DNA of 64,000 bases from Macrostomum lignano (GCA_002269645.1 NIVC01002720.1:82878-146877), one strand, 5' to 3'; positions 25,369-36,691 are shown, counted from the stretch's first letter. The notes: a model not told the origin generated them from the letters alone. Numbers and translations: made by a program.

Positions 25369-26597
25369 TCAGCCGTTCACCTTGCTCAGAACCAGCTCGG
25401 GCGCCATGCGGCCGGCCTTGTCCGCCACTAGCGACCACTGCGACACGAGCGCGTACTTGGACATCGGTGCCTCTCCGTACTTGAAGCCCATGAAAGTGTG
25501 CAGTATGCCGCCGACGTCGCCTTCGTCGTCGTCTTCGTCGTCATCCTGGCCGAGTCGGAGCATGGGCGACTTGGCGCCTGGACTGCGCGGAATCGGGCCA
25601 GCCGCTTCGTCGTCCACTATCAGGGCCCGATGAATGACGGCAAAGTTGACGCGCGGCCTGCGGTACTTCTTGATCGGCTTCAGCACTGGCTGGCCGTTTG
25701 CCTCGTCGTTGGCGATCTTCAACAGAAAGTGGCAGTGGATCAGCTCGGACGAGGTCACGCTGGAGATGCGGTAGTCTCCGACCGCCACCTTGGGCAGTTC
25801 GCAGTACACAAAGTATTTTTTGCGCTTCTTATCGCCGTGCCTTTGCCGACTGCTGTCCCGACGACGGCGCTTAGTGTCCTCAGCCCCGGAGTCTGGCGAC
25901 GCATCCGCTTGCTGCCGCTGCAGCTCCTCTTGGTGGCGTCGCTCCTCTTCCTGCTTCTGCCGCAGCAGCTCTTCCTCTCTCTCTGCTTCTTTCGCTGCAG
26001 CGGCGCTGCCTTTGCGGAAATCTTCCTCCAGATTCTCCTGTTGCGCCTCGCCGCCTGCCTCATCTTGACCGTAGCGAATTAAGGGACTCTTCACGTCCGG
26101 GCTCTTCGGTATGGGACCTCTGGCATCCTCGTCCTCGATAAATGGTCGGTGAATGACGGCCACGTTGACCACTGGCACTTTGTAGGCCTTTATCGGTAGT
26201 AGAGTCAGTGGAACGTCTTCATTCTCGGAGATCTTCATCAGAAAGTGGAACCGAAGTATGCTGCCAACTACGCAGCTTGACTTGTGATAATCACCGATCT
26301 AAAAAATAGTTCAGTTATAAGCAGAAAATAATTACATTTTACGAGGTACTGTTATTAATATTTAGCCAATCGTAATACACGTCATTGTTCTGTCATTCTT
26401 CTGCTCATTAAACCTACCTTGACCTTCGGCAACTCCATGTAGACCAGGTAGCGCTTGGTAATGTGCCCCTGATTGGCATAGTTGTTGGCATTCTTCGTTC
26501 CATTCAGCTCACAACTTTCGATGCTGCTTTCGTGTGAGAAGTCCCGCGATAGCAGCTTGTGTCTGTCTACTACCGCCATTGTTTTTTGTTGTGCCAT
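25369..26597 (-). CDS. Uncharacterised protein with two copies of a ~95-aa module; exons 26597-26418, 26298-25369
   Basis: GT/AG phase-0 junction (AAG|GTAGGT … TTTTAG|ATC) joins the ORFs; GC3-biased codons; internal duplication YxVYxELPKVxxGDY…HFLxKI…VNxAVIHR…GPIPxSPxxKSP. The 3' end could splice further at K|GTGAAC. Confidence 0.75.
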
Positions 26598-27713
26598 TCG
26601 GTCGCGATTTTAACTGCGTGTTGGTTCTCTCTACTAAAGTAAGCAGGTGGCTTAAGCAAAATTTATGTCCTGTCTAGACCTGGAGAGCCGCCTAACGTCT
26701 AAAACCCTCTCTTTTGAAGTTCGGTGTATGACCGAAGTTCTTTTTTTATGCCATAGACTATAACATTAAACCTACATGATAACTAAGACCTACGAGTATT
26801 CAACAACAAAACAAGCATGAAGTACTTTCTCAATCATAAAATGCTAATGTAGAACTAATTGGATGAATTCTGTAGATTTTATACTTAGTGGAAGCAATGT
26901 TACGAGTATACTGCAGTTAAAACATTAACAGAGCCTCTGACAAGATTATAATAATAACTTGTCGTTAAGTTCGGGGATTAAAACTACACCTTAAGGCAAA
27001 TACACAATAGAGACAAAGAAGAATTAGTTGGGCTCGAAAATAATGCTATTGAAGTAGTATATACAAACACAACACTACAACGTACTGTACATGTAAGACT
27101 GACGAAGTAGGCATAAACGTAAAAGAATCCAAGTAAACAAAAGCTACTGTTATAAGCACACGTTGAAGCTAAATTGCCATGGGTGTGTTTTTCTATACGA
27201 ACTCAGCATAACCCTCTTGTGGTTTTAAGGTAGATCGTAGGCTTTTGTTTTAGCTCTCGAGCACATTAATTGTAGCTTGTTTTTTTTGGATCGGATGAAA
27301 TATTTGACAGAAGGCTGGAAGTTGATGGAATTCAAACATGGCATGTATTTTAATGGCTTGAAAGGTGTCAAGAAATGCACGTTGAACCAATGCGAGTGTA
27401 TTTAGAATTTTATATTACAATAATTACTGTTACAAAAAAGAAGTAATGCCAACAGGTGTTAAAAAGCACGAAAAATTAGGAATACGATCGAATAGCTATT
27501 TTGTATTGATTTGATACACTTTAAGTGCAAGATACAATCGAACTGAAACATAAAATATACGAACTTCTACTTGTACAGATGTAAATGAGTAAAACTGACA
27601 ATACATGCTTGCATTTAAGCCGAGGCTAGTGAAAGTGAAACGGATGTGACATGCAGTTCAAAACAGCAAGTCTGCAAAACACGAGTACAGTACATTAGTG
27701 CCATACGGTGAGT

Positions 27714-28541
27714 TCACTGCTCTGTGGCCTTCTCCGTTTCCATGGGAACGTCCTTCAGCTGCGGCTGCTCCCGAGCTGCCGGAGCCTCGAACGGCGCCTC
27801 GATGCACAGCCGGCCATCGTGGCTGAGCTTGCTCACCACCTGGTCCAGCTTGGTGCCGTCGGGCAGCTGGTAGATTCGCTCCAGCCGCTTGTGGACCCGC
27901 TGCCCGCCGGCCTCCTCCTTGTGCTCCGCCTCCACCAGCACGCAGTCGCCCTGCTGTCGCACGCGAATCTCGTCCGGCTTGAACTCGCGCACCGACAGCT
28001 CCGCCTTGAACCGTTTGCTGCCATCGTCCGCCTCCACCAGCTGGCCGGACCCCTCTGACTGCAGGTCGCCTCGCAGCAGGCCGCGCAGCTCGTCCCACAC
28101 GGAGTCGCCCTGCGGTTTCTGCTGCTGCTGCTGCTGCTCCTGCTGCTTCAGCTGCTGCTGCTTCTGCTGCTCCTTGAACGGCGCCTGCAGCACCAGCATG
28201 CCGTCCCGGGTGAAGCCGCTGTTCAGCTTCTCTGCGTCCACTTCCTCCGGCAGCTCCACCGTCCGCTTCACCTCCGTCACGTCCTCGCCGTTCTCCAGCC
28301 GCGCCACCACCCGCACCTTCCGCTCCTCCCGCTTCACCGACACGTCCTTCGGCGAGAAGCCGCGAAGGTCCACAGTCCGGCTCCACTGACGCGGTCGCCT
28401 CGGACCTCTGTGCCGCAGCAGCTGCACCAGCGGGTCATACTCCGGCGTCAGCCAGTCGTCCAGCTCGCTCATGGCTGCCACGAGCGGCAGAGAGTGCGAG
28501 AACGGCGTGTACACGTTGCTGGGTGCGATCCACAGAGACAT
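27714..28541 (-). CDS. Small heat-shock protein with two alpha-crystallin domains (p40/Tsp36-like), copy 1
   Basis: Two ACDs (VDLRGFSPKDVSVK…SGFTRDGMLVLQAP and LSVREFKPDEIRV…SKLSHDGRLCIEAP) separated by a Q-rich linker. The ATG at 28541 is chosen because it lies downstream of the TATA box. Confidence 0.92.
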   Translation of the reverse strand: MSLWIAPSNVYTPFSHSLPLVAAMSELDDWLTPEYDPLVQLLRHRGPRRPRQWSRTVDLRGFSPKDVSVKREERKVRVVARLENGEDVTEVKRTVELPEEVDAEKLNSGFTRDGMLVLQAPFKEQQKQQQLKQQEQQQQQQKPQGDSVWDELRGLLRGDLQSEGSGQLVEADDGSKRFKAELSVREFKPDEIRVRQQGDCVLVEAEHKEEAGGQRVHKRLERIYQLPDGTKLDQVVSKLSHDGRLCIEAPFEAPAAREQPQLKDVPMETEKATEQ

Positions 28542-28662
28542 GCTTGCTGTGTCGCTTGTAAATGATAGAGTTTGGCGATTGATTCGCTTTGCTTGAGATT
28601 GCTTTGCTTGCGGTTGCTTTGTGTGCTCCAATCCTGCCTCACTCTCGGATCCAGCTGTCTCG

Positions 28663-28839
28663 CTTTTATAGACTGGCACTGAGGAAGCTTCTCGAATTTT
28701 CTTGCCCACTGACTCATTCTGGAAATTTCTAGAAATCGAGCCGCCTACCCAAATTTAGACAGCAAAATGTTCATATTTCTACTGTTAGTAGATGAAACGC
28801 GCGTGCCTGTTTATCGAATTAGAAAATTCTAGAACTTTC
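28663..28839 (-). promoter_or_regulatory. Heat-shock promoter of sHSP copy 1 (three 4-unit HSEs and TATA)
   Basis: Mirror of 31103-31279: HSEs at about 28822-28839, 28717-28734 and 28684-28701; TATAAAA on the minus strand at 28664-28670. Confidence 0.88.
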
Positions 28840-29474
28840 TGACTGTGGCTACGCCTAAAGTAAACATGTAAACAGGCCAAAGCAAAACTTGTTTACGAGA
28901 CAAAGTAGCATACGCTCGTGCATTCGAAAAAAGGATTGCCTTCGAATGACGCTTACGTATTAGCGAAAATATTTGTGTAACAAAGGCGGGTTTGCGCTTG
29001 TTGCGGCCAGTGGCACGTTCAATGGTGGGCAGCGGCCGGGGGGTAGGCCTGGGTACTTTCAGTTTGGCCGCTGCCCCATTGGTACTTGCATCCTTTCTCA
29101 TTGCTTGTTGAATAAATTTGTAGCCTAGCTCATACATAAATCTCAGTAAAAACGGCCATGATCTCTACTTTAAAAAACGAATCATGTTTTGGCATTCTTT
29201 TTCGAGTATATTCAGCTCAGATATTCTCTGGTATGGACGGGCTTAAGAGGCTCAAGAGGTTGAAGGTTGAATGAAACATTTTGGACAGAAATAGTCGCTT
29301 TTGCAGATTTTCTATTGTATTTTTGGCAGTCTTGGCAAGCCTTAAACTGCAACATCAGTCTATGGGCCAGGCTGCAGTGAGCATCAGAGGAAAAGCAACT
29401 CAGGAGCCCCAGGCTGCGCTCCATCCCGCTGCCACTGCATAAAGCACAATCAGCCCTGGCAGTGCACAGAACCC

Positions 29475-30317
29475 ATGGTCTCCTTTGAGTTCAACTGCGC
29501 CAACCTCAACCACACGATCGACAAGGTGGCCAAGTGGATGGCCATGTCCGACTCGCAGGTCTGCCTGTTCGCGGACGACACTTCCGTCTCCATTCCGTCG
29601 TCATTGTCGACGAACTCGGTAGGCGAGCGGGGCCGGCAGGTGCTCATCGACCGGCTGAAGGGCGACGCCCTGAGCCGCATGAAGTCGCTGCTCCGGAGCA
29701 CGGCCAGCCAGCAGAACAACCACAACGAATTCAAGAGGAAGTCCGGCGACAGGCGCTCCGCCGTCATGGACTCGTGCAGCTCCGACAGCTCCGGCGCGAC
29801 GCTGAACCGCAACCGGAACAACCGGCACGGCACCGAGGCGGAGCACCAGCGCAAGACGCACTCGGACAGCCGGCACAGACGCCAGTCGCAGCCGTCCAAC
29901 AGCCACTCGGTTGCCATGCAGCGCAGGGACAGCGGCGACGGCAGCGGCGACTTCAAGGAGGACAAGTACCTCGAGCGCATCATCGAGCGGGCCACTCAGG
30001 AGATTCGAGTCGCAATCTACAAGCTCAGCGCCGAGAACAAGCTGCCGGAGAAGTGCCACCTCAAGATGAAGCTGTCCATCAAGCCGCAGCGGGCAGCCAG
30101 CGAGGCCAACAGCCCGAAGGAGCAGCACGGCCGGCATCGAGGCGGCGCCCGAGGCAGCAGAGACGAGGACGAAGGACGCCACCGGGTGTCGAACTCCGGG
30201 CGTCACAGGACCTCGGAGAGAGACGGCGGGGGCAGGTCGGACAGGGAGAAGCGGGCCAGCTCGACGTCAAACAAGCGGGAGCAGCGCGAGCAGCGGAAGG
30301 ACAAGCGGAAGCGCTGA
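29475..30317 (+). CDS. Uncharacterised Arg/Ser-rich protein (280 aa) in the spacer of the HSP palindrome
   Basis: 843-nt ORF with strong C/G third-position bias like the authentic genes nearby; no recognised domain; an upstream exon cannot be excluded. Confidence 0.7.
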   Translation: MVSFEFNCANLNHTIDKVAKWMAMSDSQVCLFADDTSVSIPSSLSTNSVGERGRQVLIDRLKGDALSRMKSLLRSTASQQNNHNEFKRKSGDRRSAVMDSCSSDSSGATLNRNRNNRHGTEAEHQRKTHSDSRHRRQSQPSNSHSVAMQRRDSGDGSGDFKEDKYLERIIERATQEIRVAIYKLSAENKLPEKCHLKMKLSIKPQRAASEANSPKEQHGRHRGGARGSRDEDEGRHRVSNSGRHRTSERDGGGRSDREKRASSTSNKREQREQRKDKRKR

Positions 30318-31102
30318 GCCGTTAGTTGAGAAGCCTCTGAGCTTTTCACCGCTGCTTCTGCTTGGCTCTGAAAACTGCAACTGAGAATGGCGCTGAATGC
30401 TGCTCAGCCAGTTTACTGAAGTCTTAATTTTTAACAATAAGTCTCGTACGCTCCAATATTCCCTTTGCTGTGCTGGAAAAGGTTGAGCTGCCTACTGGGC
30501 TGCCGATACACGCGGACCGCCAGCGCGAATGCCGTCCTCAGCTTCACTTTTTAACTCCTGACACCTGCTGATCTAAGCAGCATGACTTTCAATTATATAC
30601 TCCACGCAACAGTGTGCCATCAATACTACTAGCGCCTTGAGCAGTGTGGAGGCTGGGAAAAGAAATATTTATTTACTCACAATTGTAGGAAAAGATGGCT
30701 TGCTTTTGCAGCTTAAAATACACAATGTACGCGCTACTTCCTGTTACTAATGGGGACGCATTTTTATTTAATACCACTACAACTAGAATTTCTTTTGCTT
30801 TTGTTGAACGAGAAGAATAGACTATCAGATTTTTCCCATAACGACTATTACGAAAAGGGGATGAAACTTCAGTAGGGTGCATGTACAGAGTCACTGCATT
30901 TAATTATTGGCTCAATAGGTCATGGTCAACTATGGTCACATGCTTCCCGTTTCAGTACTCGTAAATGTTCACAGTTGCTCACGGTAACGAGAAAGCGACA
31001 GACAATTTTTTATATCACTCAAAATATTAAAAAGAAACGGCCGTTTCATCTACTAACAGTAACAGCCTGTTTACATGTTTACTTTAGGCGTAGCCACAGT
31101 CA

Positions 31103-31279
31103 GAAAGTTCTAGAATTTTCTAATTCGATAAACAGGCACGCGCGTTTCATCTACTAACAGTAGAAATATGAACATTTTGCTGTCTAAATTTGGGTAGGCG
31201 GCTCGATTTCTAGAAATTTCCAGAATGAGTCAGTGGGCAAGAAAATTCGAGAAGCTTCCTCAGTGCCAGTCTATAAAAG
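31103..31279 (+). promoter_or_regulatory. Heat-shock promoter of sHSP copy 2 (three 4-unit HSEs, AP-1-like site, TATA)
   Basis: GAAagTTCtaGAAttTTC (31103-31120), TTCtaGAAatTTCcaGAA (31208-31225), GAAaaTTCgaGAAgcTTC (31241-31258), TGAGTCA (31226-31232), TATAAAA (31272-31278). Confidence 0.9.
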
Positions 31280-31400
31280 CGAGACAGCTGGATCCGAGAG
31301 TGAGGCAGGATTGGAGCACACAAAGCAACCGCAAGCAAAGCAATCTCAAGCAAAGCGAATCAATCGCCAAACTCTATCATTTACAAGCGACACAGCAAGC

Positions 31401-32228
31401 ATGTCTCTGTGGATCGCACCCAGCAACGTGTACACGCCGTTCTCGCACTCTCTGCCGCTCGTGGCAGCCATGAGCGAGCTGGACGACTGGCTGACGCCGG
31501 AGTATGACCCGCTGGTGCAGCTGCTGCGGCACAGAGGTCCGAGGCGACCGCGTCAGTGGAGCCGGACTGTGGACCTTCGCGGCTTCTCGCCGAAGGACGT
31601 GTCGGTGAAGCGGGAGGAGCGGAAGGTGCGGGTGGTGGCGCGGCTGGAGAACGGCGAGGACGTGACGGAGGTGAAGCGGACGGTGGAGCTGCCGGAGGAA
31701 GTGGACGCAGAGAAGCTGAACAGCGGCTTCACCCGGGACGGCATGCTGGTGCTGCAGGCGCCGTTCAAGGAGCAGCAGAAGCAGCAGCAGCTGAAGCAGC
31801 AGGAGCAGCAGCAGCAGCAGCAGAAACCGCAGGGCGACTCCGTGTGGGACGAGCTGCGCGGCCTGCTGCGAGGCGACCTGCAGTCAGAGGGGTCCGGCCA
31901 GCTGGTGGAGGCGGACGATGGCAGCAAACGGTTCAAGGCGGAGCTGTCGGTGCGCGAGTTCAAGCCGGACGAGATTCGCGTGCGACAGCAGGGCGACTGC
32001 GTGCTGGTGGAGGCGGAGCACAAGGAGGAGGCCGGCGGGCAGCGGGTCCACAAGCGGCTGGAGCGAATCTACCAGCTGCCCGACGGCACCAAGCTGGACC
32101 AGGTGGTGAGCAAGCTCAGCCACGATGGCCGGCTGTGCATCGAGGCGCCGTTCGAGGCTCCGGCAGCTCGGGAGCAGCCGCAGCTGAAGGACGTTCCCAT
32201 GGAAACGGAGAAGGCCACAGAGCAGTGA
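31401..32228 (+). CDS. Small heat-shock protein with two alpha-crystallin domains (p40/Tsp36-like), copy 2 (275 aa)
   Basis: Translation identical to copy 1; intronless; downstream of HSEs and TATA. Confidence 0.92.
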   Translation: MSLWIAPSNVYTPFSHSLPLVAAMSELDDWLTPEYDPLVQLLRHRGPRRPRQWSRTVDLRGFSPKDVSVKREERKVRVVARLENGEDVTEVKRTVELPEEVDAEKLNSGFTRDGMLVLQAPFKEQQKQQQLKQQEQQQQQQKPQGDSVWDELRGLLRGDLQSEGSGQLVEADDGSKRFKAELSVREFKPDEIRVRQQGDCVLVEAEHKEEAGGQRVHKRLERIYQLPDGTKLDQVVSKLSHDGRLCIEAPFEAPAAREQPQLKDVPMETEKATEQ

Positions 32229-32882
32229 ACTCACCGTATGGCACTAATGTACTGTACTCGTGTTTTGCAGACTTGCTGTTTTGAACTGCATGTCACATCC
32301 GTTTCACTTTCACTAGCCTCGGCTTAAATGCAAGCATGTATTGTCAGTTTTACTCATTTACATCTGTACAAGTAGAAGTTCGTATATTTTATGTTTCAGT
32401 TCGATTGTATCTTGCACTTAAAGTGTATCAAATCAATACAAAATAGCTATTCGATCGTATTCCTAATTTTTCGTGCTTTTTAACACCTGTTGGCATTACT
32501 TCTTTTTTGTAACAGTAATTATTGTAATATAAAATTCTAAATACACTCGCATTGGTTCAACGTGCATTTCTTGACACCTTTCAAGCCATTAAAATACATG
32601 CCATGTTTGAATTGCATCAACTTCCAGCCTTCTGTCAAATATTTCATCCGATCCAAAAAAAACAAGCTACAATTAATGTGCTCGAGAGCTAAAACAAAAG
32701 CCTACGATCTACCTTAAAACACAAGAGGGTTATGCAGAGCTCTTATAGAATTCAGACCTGCAATAAAGCTCATATAAAATGCTGTAAATTGCCGGGCAAA
32801 ACAAATTTCCAATAATAAATCTGTACAATTCGACGTCCATGAAATCGGGCTAATCAAGGCCGTGTGTTTTGGAGGGGCTAGT

Positions 32883-33385
32883 AGAATAGGGCTCTGGTCA
32901 AGCTGTGTGTACATTGAGGGACAAGTGGAATAGGGCTCTGGTCAAGCTGTGTCTGCATTAAGGGGCGAGTGAAATAGGGCTCTGGTCAAGCTGTGTGTAC
33001 ATTGAGGGGCGAGTGGAATAGGGCTCTGGTCAAGCTGTGTGTACATTGAGGGGCGAGTGGAATACGGCTCTGGTCAAGCTGTGTGTACATTGAGGGACAA
33101 GTGGAATAGGGCTCTGGTCAAGCTGTGTGTACATTGAGGGGCGAGTGGAATAGGGCTCTGGTCAAGCTGTGTGTACATTGAGGGGCGAGTGGAATAGAGC
33201 TCTGGTCAAGCTGTGTGTACATTGAGGGGCGAGTGGAATAGGGCTCTGGTCAAGCTGTGTGTACATTGAGGGGCGAGTGGAATACGGCTCTGGTCAAGCT
33301 GTGTGTACATTGAGGGACAAGTGGAATAGGGCTCTGGTCAAGCTGTGTGTACATTGAGGGGCGAGTGGAATAGGGCTCTGGTCAT
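32883..33385. repeat. 44-bp minisatellite (AGTGGAATAGGGCTCTGGTCAAGCTGTGTGTACATTGAGGGGCG)
   Basis: About 11 tandem copies with period 44. Confidence 0.95.
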
Positions 33386-33916
33386 GCAAGGCCATGTCCT
33401 GGTCACATGTAAAATTACTTTACTTTGATCCAAATACTAAATGTACATACGGCAAATTGGCATCAGGGAGGCGATGTTTACAGTGAGCAAATATAATCCT
33501 CAATAATCGACCACTGAGAATGGTACAACTATTCGCCAGTGTGCAAATACGAGTGAACATATATTTTCTTTTTCAAGGCTAGTTTGTAAAACCTGTTTAC
33601 AGAGACAATAACTGATTGCCTGTCGGTTTTGTGTCAATATACATCAAATTTTATCCAGCAGATAATTAGATCTATCACGCAGTGAGACATTTTATTGGAA
33701 GTCGCTCAGCACTGCACAAGCCAATCAATCTACTTTGCTTTACCGGTATGGTTTTAGCGACTGTTTAACTTTGCTCAGCAAACACACCTGGTCTGTGTAC
33801 TTTATTTGCACTTCCAGTATAGACATATCTTTACTTAGTTACTTGTATATATTGGCTTCATACAGTTAAAGAGCCAGAATTCAGCAGCCAAATCCAATCA
33901 AATCATCAAACCAACT

Positions 33917-35815
33917 ATGACTGACAGAATTTCGCTACACTCGGTCGGTTCCGATGCTTCGCGTTCCGACCCGATTTCCAGCAGTTGCACCGCAAGCAGC
34001 GTCGCTTCCGCGCTACTGGAGGCAATGCGAAACGGACAGTGGGACGAATTCAGTGACCAGCTTGAGAAGCTCGATGCAGACGAGATCCAGGACCTGCTGC
34101 TACCGAACTCGGTTGTAGAGACTGCGTCTGTTCACTTCAAGAGTGGAAGTCGATCTTCTTCAACGGATTGCGAGATCGCGCCGCTGGTTGAACTCATGCT
34201 CTGCCGGAAGCCAAAGCTGACTAAACGTGTTGTGGAGTTGATGCTCATCCCCTGCTCGGAGAATCTCGTCGACTGTCCGATGGTCTCACTAGTGCAGAGA
34301 GCGAGATTCGCTCTATTCCAACTGGTTGACTTCTGTCATGATCACGAAGATTACGAGCAGCCCATGGCGAAGCTGTTTCAGCTGCTGTGCAATGACCAGC
34401 CAGCATTCTGGGCCGCATTGCTGACTGTAGAGGAAACTGTTGACGCGCTGACTGCCTTGGAGTATGCAGCCGTGCGGCGCTGCTTCCGCCTGGCCAGGGA
34501 GTTCATTGAAGCGCCCCAAAGCATTAGAACGACTCGAGTGTCCAATGCAGACCGCAGGATGCATCTGGATAAGTATGACCTATCGCGTTATCACTGGCTC
34601 AGCGGTGACAGATTCTCGAAATCGCCGTTTGTCCAGCTGGGATGCGCCACCACCCGACGACTCCAAGACCAGTTACCCGACTCATATGAAGAGTTTTACC
34701 GCTGCCCAGTAGTTCAAAGCTACATTCGCAGCTCCGGCAACGTCATATTCTCTCCGGCTAGCGCCATCATAGCGGCAATATTTTACTTGGCCTATTATAT
34801 TATCTATATTGTAACGTTCACAGCTCAGCTTTTTACCCGCGGTCAGTTTCGAGTCGACGCTGTCGTTCGAATCGCTGGCGAATCGGCGGGAATCAACTCG
34901 ACAATTTGCTATTTGGAGAATTTACCTCAGTCGCTATTGACCGTCATCGATTTTGCTAATAGCGGGCGCATAGCGTTGCAGGCTGTTACAGCTGTTACTG
35001 CGGGCATGTTCCTGCTCTTCTCCTGCTTTGGCAATTGGAGTCTGCCAAGACCCTCAAGAAGGAATTGGATTGTCCTGCATTGGCTGCGCAGCGCCTGCAC
35101 CTATGCAGCGGATATTCGCGAGGGATCGATTCTCAACCTACTATTGTTTCAGCTGTATTATTTTGTAAATCAGTTCGAATATTTGAAGTGGGACTATGTC
35201 TACTGCAATGGAGTTGCCTACGTTGATCCCCTGAATCTGAAATGTCTATTTTTAATCCACTCTGTGTACCTAATTATGGTGATACTTTTTCTAATCAACC
35301 ACTTGTCTCACCACTACAAGATATTCTTCTTTCTAATGCACAGCCTCCAAGAGTCTGTGAATGTTCTACTCATCACTATCACGCCGATTTTCATGCTGTG
35401 CATGTCCGCTGTGATCTGCTATCCCTTCACTCCTTCCGGCAGCGTTCACATCCTGGATCAGCTGTTTCAAATAGCCATTGGCGCCTGCCGGTTTGTCTTC
35501 GGTCTCGCTGAATATCCCGATTCAAAAAATACGATTCTGCAGTGGATTCAGCCGATTTTTTTCGTTCTCGTTGCGATATTTTTGACAAATTTTTGCATCG
35601 CTCTGCTAACCCAGCGTATATCGATATTGGAGCGCCAAGTTGACCTCAAGCAGGCGATGGCACAAATAGATTTGCAGCATCAAATTCTGCTCGGCATCCG
35701 GTATTTTGGCTTCATCGACCGCGTGTTCATCAGGAGGCGGCGAAAGTTAATCGTGGAAAATATTCAACTGAGGGTCACGGTTGAGAATAGAGTCACAGTC
35801 ACCTGCGAAGACTAA
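33917..35815 (+). CDS. Divergent TRP-like (TRPV-like) multi-pass membrane protein, intronless
   Basis: 632-aa ORF. Helical N-terminus with an ankyrin-like segment (LTALEYAAVRRCFRLAREFI), about 6 hydrophobic segments, a pore-like RFVFGLAEY and an S6-like FVLVAIFLTNFCIALL. The family call is inferred from topology. Confidence 0.55.
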   Translation: MTDRISLHSVGSDASRSDPISSSCTASSVASALLEAMRNGQWDEFSDQLEKLDADEIQDLLLPNSVVETASVHFKSGSRSSSTDCEIAPLVELMLCRKPKLTKRVVELMLIPCSENLVDCPMVSLVQRARFALFQLVDFCHDHEDYEQPMAKLFQLLCNDQPAFWAALLTVEETVDALTALEYAAVRRCFRLAREFIEAPQSIRTTRVSNADRRMHLDKYDLSRYHWLSGDRFSKSPFVQLGCATTRRLQDQLPDSYEEFYRCPVVQSYIRSSGNVIFSPASAIIAAIFYLAYYIIYIVTFTAQLFTRGQFRVDAVVRIAGESAGINSTICYLENLPQSLLTVIDFANSGRIALQAVTAVTAGMFLLFSCFGNWSLPRPSRRNWIVLHWLRSACTYAADIREGSILNLLLFQLYYFVNQFEYLKWDYVYCNGVAYVDPLNLKCLFLIHSVYLIMVILFLINHLSHHYKIFFFLMHSLQESVNVLLITITPIFMLCMSAVICYPFTPSGSVHILDQLFQIAIGACRFVFGLAEYPDSKNTILQWIQPIFFVLVAIFLTNFCIALLTQRISILERQVDLKQAMAQIDLQHQILLGIRYFGFIDRVFIRRRRKLIVENIQLRVTVENRVTVTCED

Positions 35816-36485
35816 AAAGCAGGTGCGCTTGTATTCATTCATTACTGTTTTTGACTTGCAACAATATATAAGTTCTTGGGTTCTAACCTAGCTACTATGA
35901 TATTAGTTCACTTTTGTGTTTGTTAAAAGAGGTAAATTATAAATTTTTCCCTGAAATGTTTTAAACTTTTTGTAAGCGCAGCTGAGTGTGATTAGATGAT
36001 ATTTAAATTTGTCCAATCGCCACTCGTCAGATCACTCAATTATAAATGGATTTTTATACTTGCAAAAATGTGCAGCTTCTTACTGTTTTTTTATTATTCA
36101 AATTAATACAAAATAAACGTCTCCGGAAATATAAGGTTCGAGAGACAACTGCACATTACACCCGATGGCTGATGCATGGTTTGCAATGCAAAGCAATTGT
36201 TACTCTCATACATCGGTAGGAGTGCGATATCTCCGAAAACTCCTACGAAGCATTTGCATGGGACCGAAAGTTGGACAAATGGGTACGGTGCTGTATAAGC
36301 GGATCGGGGTTTTGAGATGGCAGTCCCTGCATCTGTTGACATGGTGGAGAGAAAGAACTATAGAGCCGTGGGATTTTTTCAGCAGTGATGCTATTCCTCC
36401 ATTTTCTCCGCCTTTAGCCTCCTACTCCTTTAGCCTTCAAAACTTAGGCTACTGAAATGAGTCGTCTAACACCATTTGCCAAATG

Positions 36486-36691
36486 CAGTGGCGTACGCAG
36501 AGGTAGAAAGGTAGAGAGGGCCGCGGCTGCGGCCTATACCCAACCGCCCCTGAAAAAATTATGCTCCTCCAAAAACAAATGAGAGGCAATTAATCAACAT
36601 CACAACAAAAAGGCCGCCCATTAAGAAGACACCAAATTTTTGGCGTCCCTGTTACGGCCCTCTGCAATTAAAATTTATGCGTATGCCACTG
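36486..36691. mobile_element. Short MITE-like element
   Basis: TIR CAGTGGCGTACGCA / TGCGTATGCCACTG (13 of 14 match); no TSD recognised. Confidence 0.55.

Larger units (their letters stand above)
27190..32750. repeat. Inverted segmental duplication: arms ~27190-28877 and 31065-~32750, spacer 2.19 kb
   Basis: Mirror coordinates sum to 59942 across the genes; no differences seen in the CDS or promoter; mismatches appear only at the outer ends. Confidence 0.95.

Noticed and set aside
31233-31400. N-terminal extension of the sHSP ORF (and its mirror at 28542-28709)
   Set aside because: It starts at GTG among the HSEs, upstream of the TATA box, so it is promoter/5' UTR; ATG 31401 is preferred.
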